The notes under the pieces are model-generated. The model was given only the letters and a program-made list of their open reading frames with translations, was not told the DNA's origin and ran no database searches. A stretch of DNA of 64,000 bases from Gammaproteobacteria bacterium (GTDB taxonomy: Bacteria; Pseudomonadota; Gammaproteobacteria; Eutrophobiales; Eutrophobiaceae). This document shows, piece after piece, positions 43,346 through 54,753 of this stretch; the first letter of the stretch is position 1; each line of letters starts with the position of its first letter. A program made the translations under genes and the position numbers. Location of the stretch: positions 1 to 64,000 of the forward strand of contig CAXMWX010000001.1 in NCBI GenBank assembly GCA_963422205.2, written 5' to 3'.

Positions 43346-45216
43346 CAACCCTGGCACAGTTTCACTTCATCCGCCCCTACTGGCTGCTGGCTTTTCTGCC
43401 GCTGTTGCTGTTGCTCTGGCAGGTGTACCGGCGCAAGCTGGGCAATCCTCACTGGGAGGCATTTTGTGATGCCGCCCTGCTGCCACATATTCTCACCCGC
43501 CCCACCGCCCGCCCGCGCCATTACCTGCTGCTGTGGCTCGCCATCACCGGCGCGCTCGCCATCCTTGCGCTGGCCGGCCCGGCCTGGAAAAAATTACCCC
43601 AGCCGGTCTTCAGCGATCAGCGCGCGCTGGTGATCGCCCTGGATCTAAGCCGCTCCATGGATGCCAATGATCTGACGCCGGACCGCATCACCCGGGCGCG
43701 TTTTAAGATCAGCGACCTGCTCGCCGCCCGCCCGGATGGTCAGACGGCCCTGCTGGTCTATGCCGGTGATGCGTTTGTGGTCACGCCACTGACGGATGAT
43801 GCCGAGACGATCACCGCCCAGCTCAATGCCTTAACGCCCGCCATCATGCCCGCCCCGGGCAACCGCACCGATCTGGCGCTCGACCGGGCAGGGGCGCTGC
43901 TGACCCAGGCCGGCATGAGCCAGGGCAGCGTCCTGCTGATCACCGATGAGGTGGCATTGCCGCCCCCGGACGAGGCGGTTGCCCGGCTGCGCCAGCAGGG
44001 CGCCAGCCTGTCCATACTGGGCGTTGGCAGCCAGCATGGCGTGCCAGTGCCGCTGGCCGATGGCAGCTTTCTGAAAGGTGCAGACGGGGAGATCATCATT
44101 CCGGTGCTAAAGGAAGCACCGATGCGTAAACTGGCCGCACTGGGCGGCGGCATCTACCACAGGCTGTCGAACAATGATGCCGATATTGACGCCTTGCTCA
44201 GGTACCTTCAGCGTGATGGCACGCCGCAGATGGCAGAGCGCACCGAGCTACAGACGGATCTCTGGCACGAACAGGGGCCCTGGCTGGTGCTGCTGCTGTT
44301 GCCCCTGGTGGCGATGAGTTTCAGGAAGGGCTATCTGTTGCTCCTGCTGGCATGGTTGCCGGTAACCGAGGAGGCCACAGCGTTTGGCTGGCGTGATCTC
44401 TGGCTGAATTCGAATCAGCAGGGCGAGCGTGCCATGAACTCAGAACACTACGATGAGGCACAGGCTCTGTTTCAGGATGAGCAGTGGAAGGCGGCGGCGG
44501 CGTACAAGGCCAGGGATTATGCGGCGGCATTGGAACACCTTGAGGGCCTTGACGGCATAACGGCGGACTATAACCGGGCCAATGCCCATGCCATGCTGGG
44601 CGACTATCCGCAGGCCATCGCCGCCTATGATGAGGTGCTGGCAGCAGACTCTGACCATGAAGATGCGCGGTTTAACAAGGATTTGCTGGAACAAGCGCTG
44701 AAACAACAGCCACAGCCACAGCAGGGCGGCAACGCCGCCGAACAGGAAAAACAGCAATCCCCAAATCAGCAGGAGAGTGACGGGCAGGCCGGTCAGCAGG
44801 AGAATGACCAGCATGAAAATGATGAGCAGCAGGAGAATGGTCAACAGGCCAATCAGAAAGAGAGCAACCGCCAGTCACCTGCCGATGCCGCCGCCAGCGA
44901 TCCACCGCAAACACCGCCCGATTCGCCGGCTGAGACCGGGCAACATAAGGACGAACAGGAAACTGACCAGCAGGCCGCCACGCCGCCACAGCAAACGCCA
45001 TCCGGCCAGGACGAGCCAGCCAGCGAAGAGGCGCCTGTGCAAGCACCACAGGCGGCACAAGCGGCCGAGCCAGTCCGGGTTGATGAGGACAATCAGGCAA
45101 TCGAGCAATGGCTGCGCCGCATTCCCGATGATCCGGCCGGTTTGTTAAGACGAAAATTCCAGTTTCAATATGGCCGCCGGCAACAGGATGCCAATGCGGC
45201 GGATACCTCATGGTGA
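43342..45216 (+). CDS. VWA plus TPR protein (BatB/BatC-like) with Q/E/P-rich linker
   Basis: DLSRS MIDAS, TPR YNRANA, EQWLRRIPDDPAGLLRRKF. Confidence 0.88.
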   Translation: MTTLAQFHFIRPYWLLAFLPLLLLLWQVYRRKLGNPHWEAFCDAALLPHILTRPTARPRHYLLLWLAITGALAILALAGPAWKKLPQPVFSDQRALVIALDLSRSMDANDLTPDRITRARFKISDLLAARPDGQTALLVYAGDAFVVTPLTDDAETITAQLNALTPAIMPAPGNRTDLALDRAGALLTQAGMSQGSVLLITDEVALPPPDEAVARLRQQGASLSILGVGSQHGVPVPLADGSFLKGADGEIIIPVLKEAPMRKLAALGGGIYHRLSNNDADIDALLRYLQRDGTPQMAERTELQTDLWHEQGPWLVLLLLPLVAMSFRKGYLLLLLAWLPVTEEATAFGWRDLWLNSNQQGERAMNSEHYDEAQALFQDEQWKAAAAYKARDYAAALEHLEGLDGITADYNRANAHAMLGDYPQAIAAYDEVLAADSDHEDARFNKDLLEQALKQQPQPQQGGNAAEQEKQQSPNQQESDGQAGQQENDQHENDEQQENGQQANQKESNRQSPADAAASDPPQTPPDSPAETGQHKDEQETDQQAATPPQQTPSGQDEPASEEAPVQAPQAAQAAEPVRVDEDNQAIEQWLRRIPDDPAGLLRRKFQFQYGRRQQDANAADTSW

Positions 45217-46943
45217 TGCACATGATGAGCAGCTGGCGGCCGCTGTTCATCTGGCTGGTATGGCTGCCTGCTGTGAGCATTGCCAAGACCAATATCATCG
45301 TCAAGGCCGACCGCCATCCGGTGTTGCTGGAGGAATCCTTTGATCTGATCTTTGAGGCCGATGGTGCGGTTGATGATGAGCCGGACTTCACGCCGTTGAC
45401 TCAGGACTTCGACATCCTGTCCACCCATACCGGCAGCAGCATCAGCGTGATCAATGCCCGCATCAGCACCACCAAGACCTGGACGCTGACGCTGTTTGCC
45501 CGGCGCGAGGGTCGCCTGCCGATTCCGGCGATTGCATTTGGCGCTGATCGCAGCCCGGCAACTGCCATCACCGTCCAGCGCACCTCGCCCGGCCAGGGCA
45601 ATCGCCCGCCGGAGGATATTTTTCTCATCCTGAAGGTAAGGCCACAGGAGGTGTATGTACAGCAGCAGTTGATAGCGAAAGTGAAGCTCTATCGTGCGGT
45701 CAACACGGCTAACGCCACCCTGAGCGAGCCAGAGCTGACCTCCGGCAAGGCGATCATCGAACCCCTGGATAAAGACAGCGAATATGAGACCATCATCAAT
45801 AATCAACGTTATCAGGTGCTGGAACGATCTTATGCCGTCTATCCGCAGGAAAGCGGCACAATGCAATTCAAGCCGATACGTTTTCAGGGGCAGATTGCCC
45901 GCCAGTCCGGTTTTATGTTCAATCCCTTTGGCCCCAGGCCAAGGACAGTGGTGCGGCAATCGCCCGTTGTCGAGCTTACAGTAAAGGCCATTGCCGATGC
46001 CTTTACCGGTACACACTGGCTGCCAGCCAGCCGCCTCACGCTGTCCGAGCAATGGTCGCAGGACCCGCTGACAATGCGGGTCAATGCGCCGATAACGCGC
46101 ACACTCAACATCACCGCCGAGGGCCTGACGGCCAGCCAGCTACCGGTGCTGACCGCCCATCTGGGCGATGCGTTTAAGCAATACCCCGACCAGCCCGTGC
46201 TGGAGACCCGCAAGACCCTCAACGGCAGCACGGGCATCCGCCAGGAGAAGTCGGCGTTGATCCCGACAGCCGCCGGTGATTTCACCCTGCCGGAAGTCCG
46301 CCTGCCCTGGTGGAACACGCAGACCGACACCCTGGAATATGCCGTCTTGCCCGAGCGCACAGTCCGGGTATTGGCAGATGCAACGGCTGCCCGGATCACC
46401 CCCCCGCCAGTTGCACCGCCCGCCGTCACGGCGGATGCGCTGAACCTTGCAGAGGATTCCGCAGACGATGATAAAGATCCGGCCGTAAAAGACGTTGCCC
46501 GCCCCGCCATGCTGTGGAACTGGCTGACCATCGTCTTGGCCGCCGGCTGGCTGCTGACCCTGTCAGTGCTGGCCGTATTCTTATTCAGGCAGAGGCGGCC
46601 ACACACCCTCACCCGCCAGGACGATGAGAACCACCGCATGATTCTTGCCTGGCTGAAACAGGCATGTCATGAACACGATGCCGGGCAGGCAAAATCGGCC
46701 TTGCTCGCCTGGGGGCGGCTGAACTGGGGGCAGCAGACGATCACCAGCCTGGGAGATATACAGCAGCGCTGTCAGCCGGGCCTGGCGGCGGCGCTGGCCG
46801 ACTTGTCGCAGTCGCTGTATGGCCGCCAGCCCACGGCCTGGCGGGGAGAGTCCTTGTGGTCGGCTTTTCAGCAGGCACAAACGCCAGCAAACACCACCGC
46901 CGCCCCGCCCGAGGGCGAGTTGCAACCCCTAAATCGTCTGTAA
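45210..46943 (+). CDS. BatD-family protein
   Basis: Signal peptide, EVYVQQQ, WLPA, LPWWNT, TM helix; last gene of the MoxR-VWA operon. Confidence 0.85.
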   Translation: MVMHMMSSWRPLFIWLVWLPAVSIAKTNIIVKADRHPVLLEESFDLIFEADGAVDDEPDFTPLTQDFDILSTHTGSSISVINARISTTKTWTLTLFARREGRLPIPAIAFGADRSPATAITVQRTSPGQGNRPPEDIFLILKVRPQEVYVQQQLIAKVKLYRAVNTANATLSEPELTSGKAIIEPLDKDSEYETIINNQRYQVLERSYAVYPQESGTMQFKPIRFQGQIARQSGFMFNPFGPRPRTVVRQSPVVELTVKAIADAFTGTHWLPASRLTLSEQWSQDPLTMRVNAPITRTLNITAEGLTASQLPVLTAHLGDAFKQYPDQPVLETRKTLNGSTGIRQEKSALIPTAAGDFTLPEVRLPWWNTQTDTLEYAVLPERTVRVLADATAARITPPPVAPPAVTADALNLAEDSADDDKDPAVKDVARPAMLWNWLTIVLAAGWLLTLSVLAVFLFRQRRPHTLTRQDDENHRMILAWLKQACHEHDAGQAKSALLAWGRLNWGQQTITSLGDIQQRCQPGLAAALADLSQSLYGRQPTAWRGESLWSAFQQAQTPANTTAAPPEGELQPLNRL

Positions 46944-46971
46944 TCATCGTCTGTAATTATCGTCTGTAATT
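46933..46971 (+). repeat. 3 x 13-bp tandem repeat ATCGTCTGTAAT(C/T) over the batD stop codon
   Basis: Read directly. Confidence 0.9.
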
Positions 46972-47016
46972 GGCGTAACGGCCAGTTTGTGTCGGCAGGG
47001 AGGGTGTCAACGTATC

Positions 47017-47319
47017 TTAGGGGTCGTATCCGTAGACGGCCAGTTCAATCCGGCCATCCGGCGTGAACTGCACCCCTTCCGCCGCCAGTAACCGGCGTTG
47101 TCGGTCATGCCCGTCCCCGTGCCTGCGCGGGCTGATTTTGCCCTGGCTGTTGATCACGCGGTGCCAGGGGATGCGGCCATCATCCCGCCGGCAGGCCAGG
47201 GCATACCCCACCTCTCTGGCATGGCAACCGCCCACCGCCCGGGCAACCTGCCCGTATGTCATCACCCGCCCCTCAGGGATGCGGCTTACCAACGCATAAA
47301 TCGCATCATAACGGCGCAT
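47017..47319 (-). CDS. Alkyltransferase-like (ATL/YbaZ, MGMT family) protein
   Basis: IPEGRVMTYGQVA; PWHRV with Trp replacing the catalytic Cys. Confidence 0.88.
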   Translation of the reverse strand: MRRYDAIYALVSRIPEGRVMTYGQVARAVGGCHAREVGYALACRRDDGRIPWHRVINSQGKISPRRHGDGHDRQRRLLAAEGVQFTPDGRIELAVYGYDP

Positions 47320-47697
47320 CTCTCCGGCACTCTCGCTTGCCCCGCCAGCACGCCCCGGCCAGTATGCGTATGGCATGATACGCCAGCGACCCTAACGGTA
47401 AGAGACAATAAAAAAGCGGCTTGCCACCCCTTGACCCAAGCACCATCTTCCTAAGGCCGGCTATAAAAACAACTTACCCCACGGCCACGATAGCCAGCAT
47501 CGCCGAAGCACCGGCGATGTGATGGATAAAAGCTGTCTCTTTTGTCGTCTTCTATCCCGATTTTCCCCATTTCAATCTCGTTTCGAGTATTCATGTTCGC
47601 ACTCATCCCGTCCCTTATTAAACGTGATTGGCAGTATAACCCCCCGCATCAGCCGTTAAAATCCCGACACCGCTTCTCGCCTTGATGTGCTGTCCTG

Positions 47698-48042
47698 ATG
47701 GTGTACCGCTCATCTCCGCCAGCACCGCCGTGTCGTATTGCCGCCACCCTGCCCGATGAGCCTGCCAGGGCAGCCGCCCGTGACCGCTTCCAGAGCCAGG
47801 TCGAGAGCTATGTCTATGTTGACCCCACCGGCCCGTCCGTACAAGCCTCTGCCGTGGGCGCTCTGACCACCACCATCAACACCCTCATCAGTCAACGGCT
47901 GTCCGCTTATCGCCGTGCTGCCCGCCCACCCGTGCAGGTGGCCACCACCGCCCTGCTGCCGGGGATGCTGGCCAGGGGAGAAGACCCGCGCATCTGGGGG
48001 GAGGTATTCGCTGCCTTGTCTGCTTGGTTCGGGCTGTTGTGA
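47698..48042 (+). pseudogene. Possible remnant of an autotransporter linker/beta-domain start
   Basis: ISQRL...GMLARGED.RIWGEVF resembles the barrel junction; short and isolated. Confidence 0.3.
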
Positions 48043-48586
48043 TCGAAGGGGTAGTGGTCAGGCAACGCAGCGGTGCTGGTAAGCCGTGCAGGGGGGATAG
48101 CGGCCAGGGATGACTGAATTAAGCAACGCCCGGCACTGATGGCATCAAGCCAGGAGACAAGCGAAAGATGGCTGGGTCAGTGGGAGTGAGTCAGAGATAA
48201 TCAGAGGGGGCCTGGCTCATGCGGCTGTCCGCTTGAGGGGCAAACCGCAGGTAGTGATGGGTGTTAAGCGAATGAGACAGTGACAGATGATTGGGGGGCG
48301 CCGGGGTAGGCAGGGATGACCGAAGTTGAGCAGCGCAATTACGCCGGTATCAGTTAAGGGTGAGGCAAGGCCACCAGCCATGCCGTATGCAATCTGCCTT
48401 GTTGGCAAGGTGGGTTCATCTTGATGCTGTCGGTAGCTGACCTGCTGCAAGCCAGCACAGGGCGGGATGATCCTGGAAGTCGTCCGCTGTCTTCGAGCGG
48501 GAAATTTTTCAAACGCTGCTACAGGACAGATCGCCAGAGATCGTCATAGCATCGGCACGGCGGCCTCCCGGATGATTGATACATGC

Positions 48587-50035
48587 TTAACCTGGTGCAT
48601 TCGTGAGCTGGCTTGCTGTCGTTCGTATCAACTCCCAGGCCTGCTTGACATGTTGCCGTTCGGTACTCGCCTGACCGATACACAGCCGCAAGCTGAACTC
48701 GCCGTTTAAGGTGGTGTGGGTCAAATACAGTTTGCCAGAGCGGTTGAGCGCATCCAGCAGCCGCCGGTTGAACGCCTCGCTGTCTTTATGACGAAAACAG
48801 ATCAGGTTAAAAGCCACCGGTGCCACGATCTCATAAGCCGCATCGGCTGCAATCCAGCCTGCCATTTCTCGCGTGAGTTCAATATGCCGACGGATGTGAT
48901 AACGCAAGCCATCAAGGCCGTAATAACGCAGCACAAACCAGAGTTTCAAGGCCCGAAAACGCCGGCCCAGGGGGATGTGCCAGTCGCGGTAATCAAACAC
49001 GGCACCGCTGCTCGTTGCCTGATTCTTTAAATACTCCGGCAGGATGCTCAGCGTCTTGATCAGGATGGTGCGCTCGGCCACCCAGAAGCAGCTACAGTCA
49101 AAATTCGTGAACAGCCACTTGTGCGGGTTAAAACAATAACTCATGGCGTATTCCATACCATCGTGCAGATGATGGTATTCAGGACACAGGCAGGCACTGC
49201 CGGCCATGGCACCATCGACATGCAGCCACAGATCCTCCCGCTGGCAGATCTCCCCTATAGCCCTGATTGGATCGGTGGCGGTTGAGGAGGTGGTGCCCAG
49301 CGTGGCGCAGACATAAACCGGCGTAAGACCAGCGGCCTTATCAGCGGCGATCTGCTCGGTCAGTTTATCCGCCCGCATGGCAAAGTGCTCATCCACGGCG
49401 ATCTGTCGCAGCCTGTGGCGTCCCATCCCCACCACGCCCATTGCTTTCTCCAGCGAGGAGTGTGTCTGGGTTGAACAATAGGCCAGCAGGGTCCCATCAC
49501 AGCCGTGAAGATTGCTCTGGTAGTTGGTCGCCCGCTCTCTGGCGGCGAGCAGGGAGCACAGCACGGCGCTGGAGGCCGAATCCTGTATCACGCCGCCGCC
49601 CGTGCTGCTGGACTTGAACTTTTCCGGCAGCGCCAGGGGCTTGATCAGCCAATCCAGTACCCGGGTTTCCACCTCGGTACAGGCCGGGCTGGTAGACCAG
49701 AGCATCCCCTGCACGCCCAGCCCGGAGGAGAGCAGATCGCCCAGGATGGCCGGTCCGGAGGTATTGGCCGGAAAATAGGCATAGAAGTTCGGCGATTGCC
49801 AGTGCGTGATCCCGGGCAGTATCTTCTCATCCATATCGCTGAGAATCTGCTCGAAAGCCTCGCCGCTATCGGGCGCTGCATCGGGCAGTGAGTCTGTGAT
49901 CTCGCCGGGTTTGACCTGGGACAGCACCGGGTAGCGCTCCACCTGTTCATAATAATCGGCTATCCAGTCGATGACTTTTCTGCCCTGCTCCCTGAACTCC
50001 TGGGGGGACATGTGAAAATTTTTCAACTCGGACAT
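48587..50035 (-). CDS. Group II PLP-dependent aromatic L-amino acid decarboxylase (DDC-like)
   Basis: PGITHWQSP, SPACTE, THSS, HVDGA, NPHKW, PEYL, IPLGRRFRALKLWFV. Confidence 0.92.
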   Translation of the reverse strand: MSELKNFHMSPQEFREQGRKVIDWIADYYEQVERYPVLSQVKPGEITDSLPDAAPDSGEAFEQILSDMDEKILPGITHWQSPNFYAYFPANTSGPAILGDLLSSGLGVQGMLWSTSPACTEVETRVLDWLIKPLALPEKFKSSSTGGGVIQDSASSAVLCSLLAARERATNYQSNLHGCDGTLLAYCSTQTHSSLEKAMGVVGMGRHRLRQIAVDEHFAMRADKLTEQIAADKAAGLTPVYVCATLGTTSSTATDPIRAIGEICQREDLWLHVDGAMAGSACLCPEYHHLHDGMEYAMSYCFNPHKWLFTNFDCSCFWVAERTILIKTLSILPEYLKNQATSSGAVFDYRDWHIPLGRRFRALKLWFVLRYYGLDGLRYHIRRHIELTREMAGWIAADAAYEIVAPVAFNLICFRHKDSEAFNRRLLDALNRSGKLYLTHTTLNGEFSLRLCIGQASTERQHVKQAWELIRTTASQLTNAPG

Positions 50036-50121
50036 GCGCTATTCCTTAAACTTGCAGTATGAATGCCAAGCATACCATTGATACAGCGGGCAGAGATCAG
50101 CAAAACCGCAGCTGAGCACCG

Positions 50122-50598
50122 ATGAGCGATAAAGTGCCGATGCGATATCTGTGTCACCCGCTGCATTTTTTGTCTCTGGGTTTTGGTGCCGGTTTATTTC
50201 CAAAGTGTCCGGGTACGATGGGTACGGGGGTGGCGGTTGTGCTGTATTATCCCATGCAGTCCCTGCCCTGGCAGGGGTATTTGCTGTGTCTGTTGCTGTT
50301 TTTTATCGGCGGGATAGGCTTATGTGCCTACACCGCCAGGGCCCTGGGCGAGCATGATCATGCGGCCATCGTCTGGGATGAGATCACCGGCTATTTACTG
50401 ACCATGTTCATGGCACCTTCAGGCTGGCAATGGATGCTGGCCGGTTTTATTGTGTTCCGCCTGTTCGATATTGCCAAGCCCTGGCCGATACGCTGGCTTG
50501 ACAAACAGGTGCCGGGTGGCTCAGGAATCATGCTGGATGATGTTGTGGCGGGTATTTTTGGCTTATTTATTATTCAAATAACTGTATATTTGTTATAA
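50122..50598 (+). CDS. pgpA: Phosphatidylglycerophosphatase A
   Basis: PGTMGT, IVWDE, FRLFDIAKPWPI, GIMLDD. Confidence 0.92.
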   Translation: MSDKVPMRYLCHPLHFLSLGFGAGLFPKCPGTMGTGVAVVLYYPMQSLPWQGYLLCLLLFFIGGIGLCAYTARALGEHDHAAIVWDEITGYLLTMFMAPSGWQWMLAGFIVFRLFDIAKPWPIRWLDKQVPGGSGIMLDDVVAGIFGLFIIQITVYLL

Positions 50599-50674
50599 AG
50601 TTAGCTTATTAATCTAAGCCATTGATGTAATCAATGGCTGATGCTGAACACATTAATCTTTAAGCGAGGCAGAT

Positions 50675-51289
50675 ATGCACGGGCGATACACACACCTGTT
50701 GGTTCTTGCTGGCGGTCTCATGTTGTGCCTGCCGCTGGCGCTGTATGCCGATATTTACCGCTATATCGACAAACATGGCCGTGTCGTTCTGACCGATGAG
50801 CCGAAAAACAGCCAATACAAGCGGCTGGTGAGAACCTGGAAGGGTTGGGAGGAAGTCAAAAACCAGATCGCCTTGCAGGATTTTTATCAGAACAAAAAGA
50901 AATACCAGTCCACCATTGATTTCTATGCTGCCCAACATGGCATCCCCGGCCCTTTGCTGCATGCGGTTGTGGCCACTGAATCGGCCTATGATCCGAATGC
51001 CGTCTCACGTGCCGGGGCGGTCGGGCTGATGCAGTTAATGCCGGAGACAGCAAAGCGCTATGGCGTCAGCAACCGCCGCAATCCGGCGGAGAATTTGAGC
51101 GGCGGTACACGCTATTTGCGTGATCTGCTACGGCTTTTCAACAACAATCTGGTGCTGGCCCTGGCCGCTTATAACGCTGGCGAGGGCGCTGTGCAACGGC
51201 ATGGCAATAAAGTCCCGCCCTATAAAGAAACCCAGCGCTATGTCAGGAAGGTCATTAACTTCTATAACAAAAATAAAAAAAGCACCTGA
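50675..51289 (+). CDS. Lytic transglycosylase (SLT domain) with N-terminal DUF4124-like domain
   Basis: ES, GAVGLMQLMP, AAYNAG, ETQRYV; IYRYIDKHG.V..TD. Confidence 0.9.
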   Translation: MHGRYTHLLVLAGGLMLCLPLALYADIYRYIDKHGRVVLTDEPKNSQYKRLVRTWKGWEEVKNQIALQDFYQNKKKYQSTIDFYAAQHGIPGPLLHAVVATESAYDPNAVSRAGAVGLMQLMPETAKRYGVSNRRNPAENLSGGTRYLRDLLRLFNNNLVLALAAYNAGEGAVQRHGNKVPPYKETQRYVRKVINFYNKNKKST

Positions 51290-51468
51290 TTTTCAGGCGG
51301 TTGCAAAAATTCTCAACACCACTTGAGGGTTGCACGATATAATTCCTGCCGCTACAGTAAAAAAACAGCCTGCATCAGCGTGCTTAAATCCTGCGGGGGG
51401 TAGAGATATTAAGGATAAGCACCGATTATCCATGGATTAACCCGAATAGACAGAACAGCAGGGGATGA

Positions 51469-51729
51469 ATGTTGTCATCAGAGTTATTTAACAGCGGCTT
51501 GCATCTGATGTACTACGGCATGGGGGTGGTGTTTATATTTTTGACCCTGCTGTTTGTGCTGACGGTGGGCATGTCGGCTACAGTGCGCCGATTTTTACCC
51601 GACCCCCTGGCCGTATCACAGCACAGCATACGTCTTGATGCCGAGCAGATCAGCGTCATCACGGCAGCAATACACCGCTATCGCAACCAGCACGCCATCC
51701 GCCGGGCGGCCCCTCATGTCAGCAACTAA
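51469..51729 (+). CDS. oadG: Oxaloacetate decarboxylase gamma subunit
   Basis: [11 protein letters not shown] helix, VITAAIHRY; operon position. Confidence 0.85.
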   Translation: MLSSELFNSGLHLMYYGMGVVFIFLTLLFVLTVGMSATVRRFLPDPLAVSQHSIRLDAEQISVITAAIHRYRNQHAIRRAAPHVSN

Positions 51730-53506
51730 ACCCTTAGGTATTACCGAAGTCGTCCTGCGCGATGGTCACCAATCCTTACTGGCAACGCGCATGCGTATTG
51801 ACGATATGTTGCCCATTGCCGAGAGGCTGGATCAGGTGGGTTACTGGTCAATGGAGTCGTGGGGCGGGGCGACTTACGATGCCTGCATCCGCTTTTTAGG
51901 CGAAGACCCCTGGGAGAGGCTGCGCCAGTTAAAGGCGGCCATGCCGGCCACGCCGCAGCAGATGTTGTTACGAGGGCAGAACTTGCTGGGCTATCGTCAT
52001 TATGCTGACGATGTGGTGGACCGGTTCGTTGAGCGCGCCGCCATAAACGGCATTGATGTGTTCCGTGTGTTTGATGCGATGAACGATCCGCGTAACCTTG
52101 AACGGGCGCTGGCTGCGGTCATCAAGACCGGTAAACATGCCCAGGGCACGCTCTCTTACACCATCAGCCCGGTACATACGCTGGATACCTGGTTGCAACT
52201 GGCCAGACAAATCGAATCCATGGGCGCACATTCTCTCGCCATCAAAGACATGGCCGGCCTGCTGAAGCCTTATGAAGCCTATACCCTCATCAAGCGCCTG
52301 AAGGCGACCGTGTCCATTCCCATCCACATGCAGTGCCATGCCACCACCGGCCTGTCCACGCCCACCATTGTCAAAGCCGTGGAGGCGGGCATTGATAATG
52401 TCGACACCTCGATCTCCTCCATGAGCCAGACTTACGGCCACAGCGCCACCGAAACCATCGTTGCCATCATGCAGGAGACCGAGCGCGATACCGGCTTTAA
52501 TCTTAACCTGCTGGAAGCCATCGCCGCGTATTTTCGCACGGTGAGAAAGAAATACGCCCGCTTTGAAGGCGCATTAAAAGGCATAGATGCACGCATCCTG
52601 ATCGCCCAGGCGCCCGGCGGGATGCTGACCAATCTGGAGAATCAACTGCGCGAACAAAAGGCCACCGAGCGCATGGATGAGGTGTTGCAGGAGATCCCGG
52701 CGGTGCGTCAAGACCTTGGCTATATCCCGCTGGTCACGCCGACTTCCCAGATTGTCGGCACACAAGCCGTGTTAAACGTGTTATCCGGCGAGCGCTACAA
52801 GACTATCGCCAAAGAGACTGCCGGCGTATTGCGGGGCGAGTACGGCGCCACGCCCGCCCCGGTCAACGCCGAGTTGCAACAACGGGTCAGCACCGATGTT
52901 GGGATCATCACCTGCCGTCCGGCGGACAAGCTGCAACCGGAGATGGATACATTAACCGCCGAGCTTGATGCACTTGCCAGGGCCCAAGGCATCACGCTGG
53001 CCGAGCAGGTCATTGATGATGTCCTGACCTATGCCTTGTTCCCGCAGGTGGGGCTGAAATTCCTAACCCATCGCGGTAACCCGCAGGCATTTGAACCCCC
53101 GCCTGAACAGATGTCAGACGATAAACCCCCAGCTGCTACCGCCCCTCCGGCACCTGCCGTTGAACATTATACCGTTGAAGTCAATGGCAATGCGTATCAT
53201 GTCAAAGTGGCCGCCGGGCAAGTCAGCGAGATCAGCGCAGCCGCCTCAGCGCCCCAACAAACCGGCCAGGCGAGCCGGCGACAGGATGGAAAGCCGGTCA
53301 CCGCCCCGCTGGCTGGCAACGTGGTCGAGATTGTCGTCAGCCCCGGCCAGACAATCAATGCCGGCGATACGCTGTTGACCCTGGAGGCCATGAAGATGGA
53401 GACGGCCGTCTCTGCGCCCTGTGGCGGACAGGTGGCCGAGATCCTCATCAGGCAGGGCGATGCCGTGGAGATGAATCAGACGCTGCTATACATCACGGCC
53501 AGTTAA
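51716..53506 (+). CDS. oadA: Oxaloacetate decarboxylase alpha subunit
   Basis: [35 protein letters not shown] biotin site. Confidence 0.95.
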   Translation: MSATKPLGITEVVLRDGHQSLLATRMRIDDMLPIAERLDQVGYWSMESWGGATYDACIRFLGEDPWERLRQLKAAMPATPQQMLLRGQNLLGYRHYADDVVDRFVERAAINGIDVFRVFDAMNDPRNLERALAAVIKTGKHAQGTLSYTISPVHTLDTWLQLARQIESMGAHSLAIKDMAGLLKPYEAYTLIKRLKATVSIPIHMQCHATTGLSTPTIVKAVEAGIDNVDTSISSMSQTYGHSATETIVAIMQETERDTGFNLNLLEAIAAYFRTVRKKYARFEGALKGIDARILIAQAPGGMLTNLENQLREQKATERMDEVLQEIPAVRQDLGYIPLVTPTSQIVGTQAVLNVLSGERYKTIAKETAGVLRGEYGATPAPVNAELQQRVSTDVGIITCRPADKLQPEMDTLTAELDALARAQGITLAEQVIDDVLTYALFPQVGLKFLTHRGNPQAFEPPPEQMSDDKPPAATAPPAPAVEHYTVEVNGNAYHVKVAAGQVSEISAAASAPQQTGQASRRQDGKPVTAPLAGNVVEIVVSPGQTINAGDTLLTLEAMKMETAVSAPCGGQVAEILIRQGDAVEMNQTLLYITAS

Positions 53507-53510
53507 GCCC

Positions 53511-54677
53511 ATGCAGGGCCTGGATCAGTTATGGCTTGGTACCGGCCTCAGTCAGTTGACCTGGGGCCACCTCGCCATGATTATCATCGGGCTACTGTTG
53601 CTGTTCCTGGCGGTACGCAAGCAGTTCGAGCCGCTGTTACTGGTGCCCATCGGTTTCTCCGCCATCCTGGTGAACATCCCCGGTGCCGGTTTTGCTGCCG
53701 CCCCGGTGTATGCCGCCAGCGGCGAGTTGCTGGCCCCCGGCGGGCTGCTGTATTACATCTACGATGTCGGCCTTGCCACCGGTCTCTTTCCCCTGATCAT
53801 ATTCATGGGCGTTGGCGCCATGACCGACTTCGGCCCGCTGCTGGCCAATCCCAAGACCCTGTTCCTGGGCGCGGCAGCACAGTTCGGCATCTTCGCCACC
53901 ATCCTGGGGGCCCTGGCCTTATCGACTTATGGCATCGTTGATTTCTCCATAAAAGAAGCCGCCGCTATCGGTATTATCGGCGGGGCGGATGGCCCGACAG
54001 CGATCTTCATCGCCAGCCGCCTGGCCCCGGAGTTGCTGGGCGCCATTGCCGTTGCCGCTTACTCCTACATGGCGCTGGTGCCGATCATCCAGCCGCCCAT
54101 CATGCGTGCCTTGACCACAGAACAAGAGCGCCAGCTGGTGATGGTGCAGTTACGCATCGTCTCACAGCGGGAGCGGATCGCCTTCCCGTTACTCATGCTG
54201 GTGCTGGTCGCCCTGTGCCTGCCGTCCGCCGCCCCCTTGTTAGGCATGTTCTGCTTCGGTAATTTTCTGCGAGAATGTGGCGTGGTCAAACGCCTGTCAG
54301 AGACGGTACAGACCTCGCTGATCAATACGGTCACCATTTTTTTAGGGCTGGGTGTTGGCTCAAAACTCAACGTTGAGCAGTTCTTAAATACCAGGACCTT
54401 AGGGATATTGGTGTTAGGCATGGTGGCCTTTGCGATCGGCACGGCTGCCGGCGTGTTGATGGCAAAACTCATGAACCGGCTCTCCAGCAGCCCGGTCAAT
54501 CCGCTGATCGGTGCTGCTGGCGTCTCTGCCGTGCCGATGGCCGCCCGGGTCGCCAACCGGGTCGGCCAGCAATACAATCCGCAGAATGTCCTGCTCATGC
54601 ACGCCATGGGCCCGAATGTTGCCGGGGTCATCGGCTCGGCGGTGGCCGCCGGGGTGATGTTGAGCCTGCTTGGCTAA
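53511..54677 (+). CDS. oadB: Na+-translocating decarboxylase beta subunit
   Basis: [28 protein letters not shown]. Confidence 0.95.
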   Translation: MQGLDQLWLGTGLSQLTWGHLAMIIIGLLLLFLAVRKQFEPLLLVPIGFSAILVNIPGAGFAAAPVYAASGELLAPGGLLYYIYDVGLATGLFPLIIFMGVGAMTDFGPLLANPKTLFLGAAAQFGIFATILGALALSTYGIVDFSIKEAAAIGIIGGADGPTAIFIASRLAPELLGAIAVAAYSYMALVPIIQPPIMRALTTEQERQLVMVQLRIVSQRERIAFPLLMLVLVALCLPSAAPLLGMFCFGNFLRECGVVKRLSETVQTSLINTVTIFLGLGVGSKLNVEQFLNTRTLGILVLGMVAFAIGTAAGVLMAKLMNRLSSSPVNPLIGAAGVSAVPMAARVANRVGQQYNPQNVLLMHAMGPNVAGVIGSAVAAGVMLSLLG

Positions 54678-54753
54678 GCGTTAAACAAGCCTACAGCGCC
54701 AGGTCAGGCGGCAGGTTAAGATGGCAAGTTACCTTACCTTGGGGGAGCAGCGC

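Noticed and set aside
39954-46943. MoxR-DUF58-VWA-TPR-BatD operon as a novel system
   Set aside because: Widespread, already described gene order with no unusual additions.
51300-51468. Possible Na+ riboswitch upstream of oadGAB (GTGCTTA/TAAGCAC stem at 51380-51422)
   Set aside because: Only a 7-bp stem and no consensus I can verify; an Infernal search with the DUF1646/Na+ model would decide.
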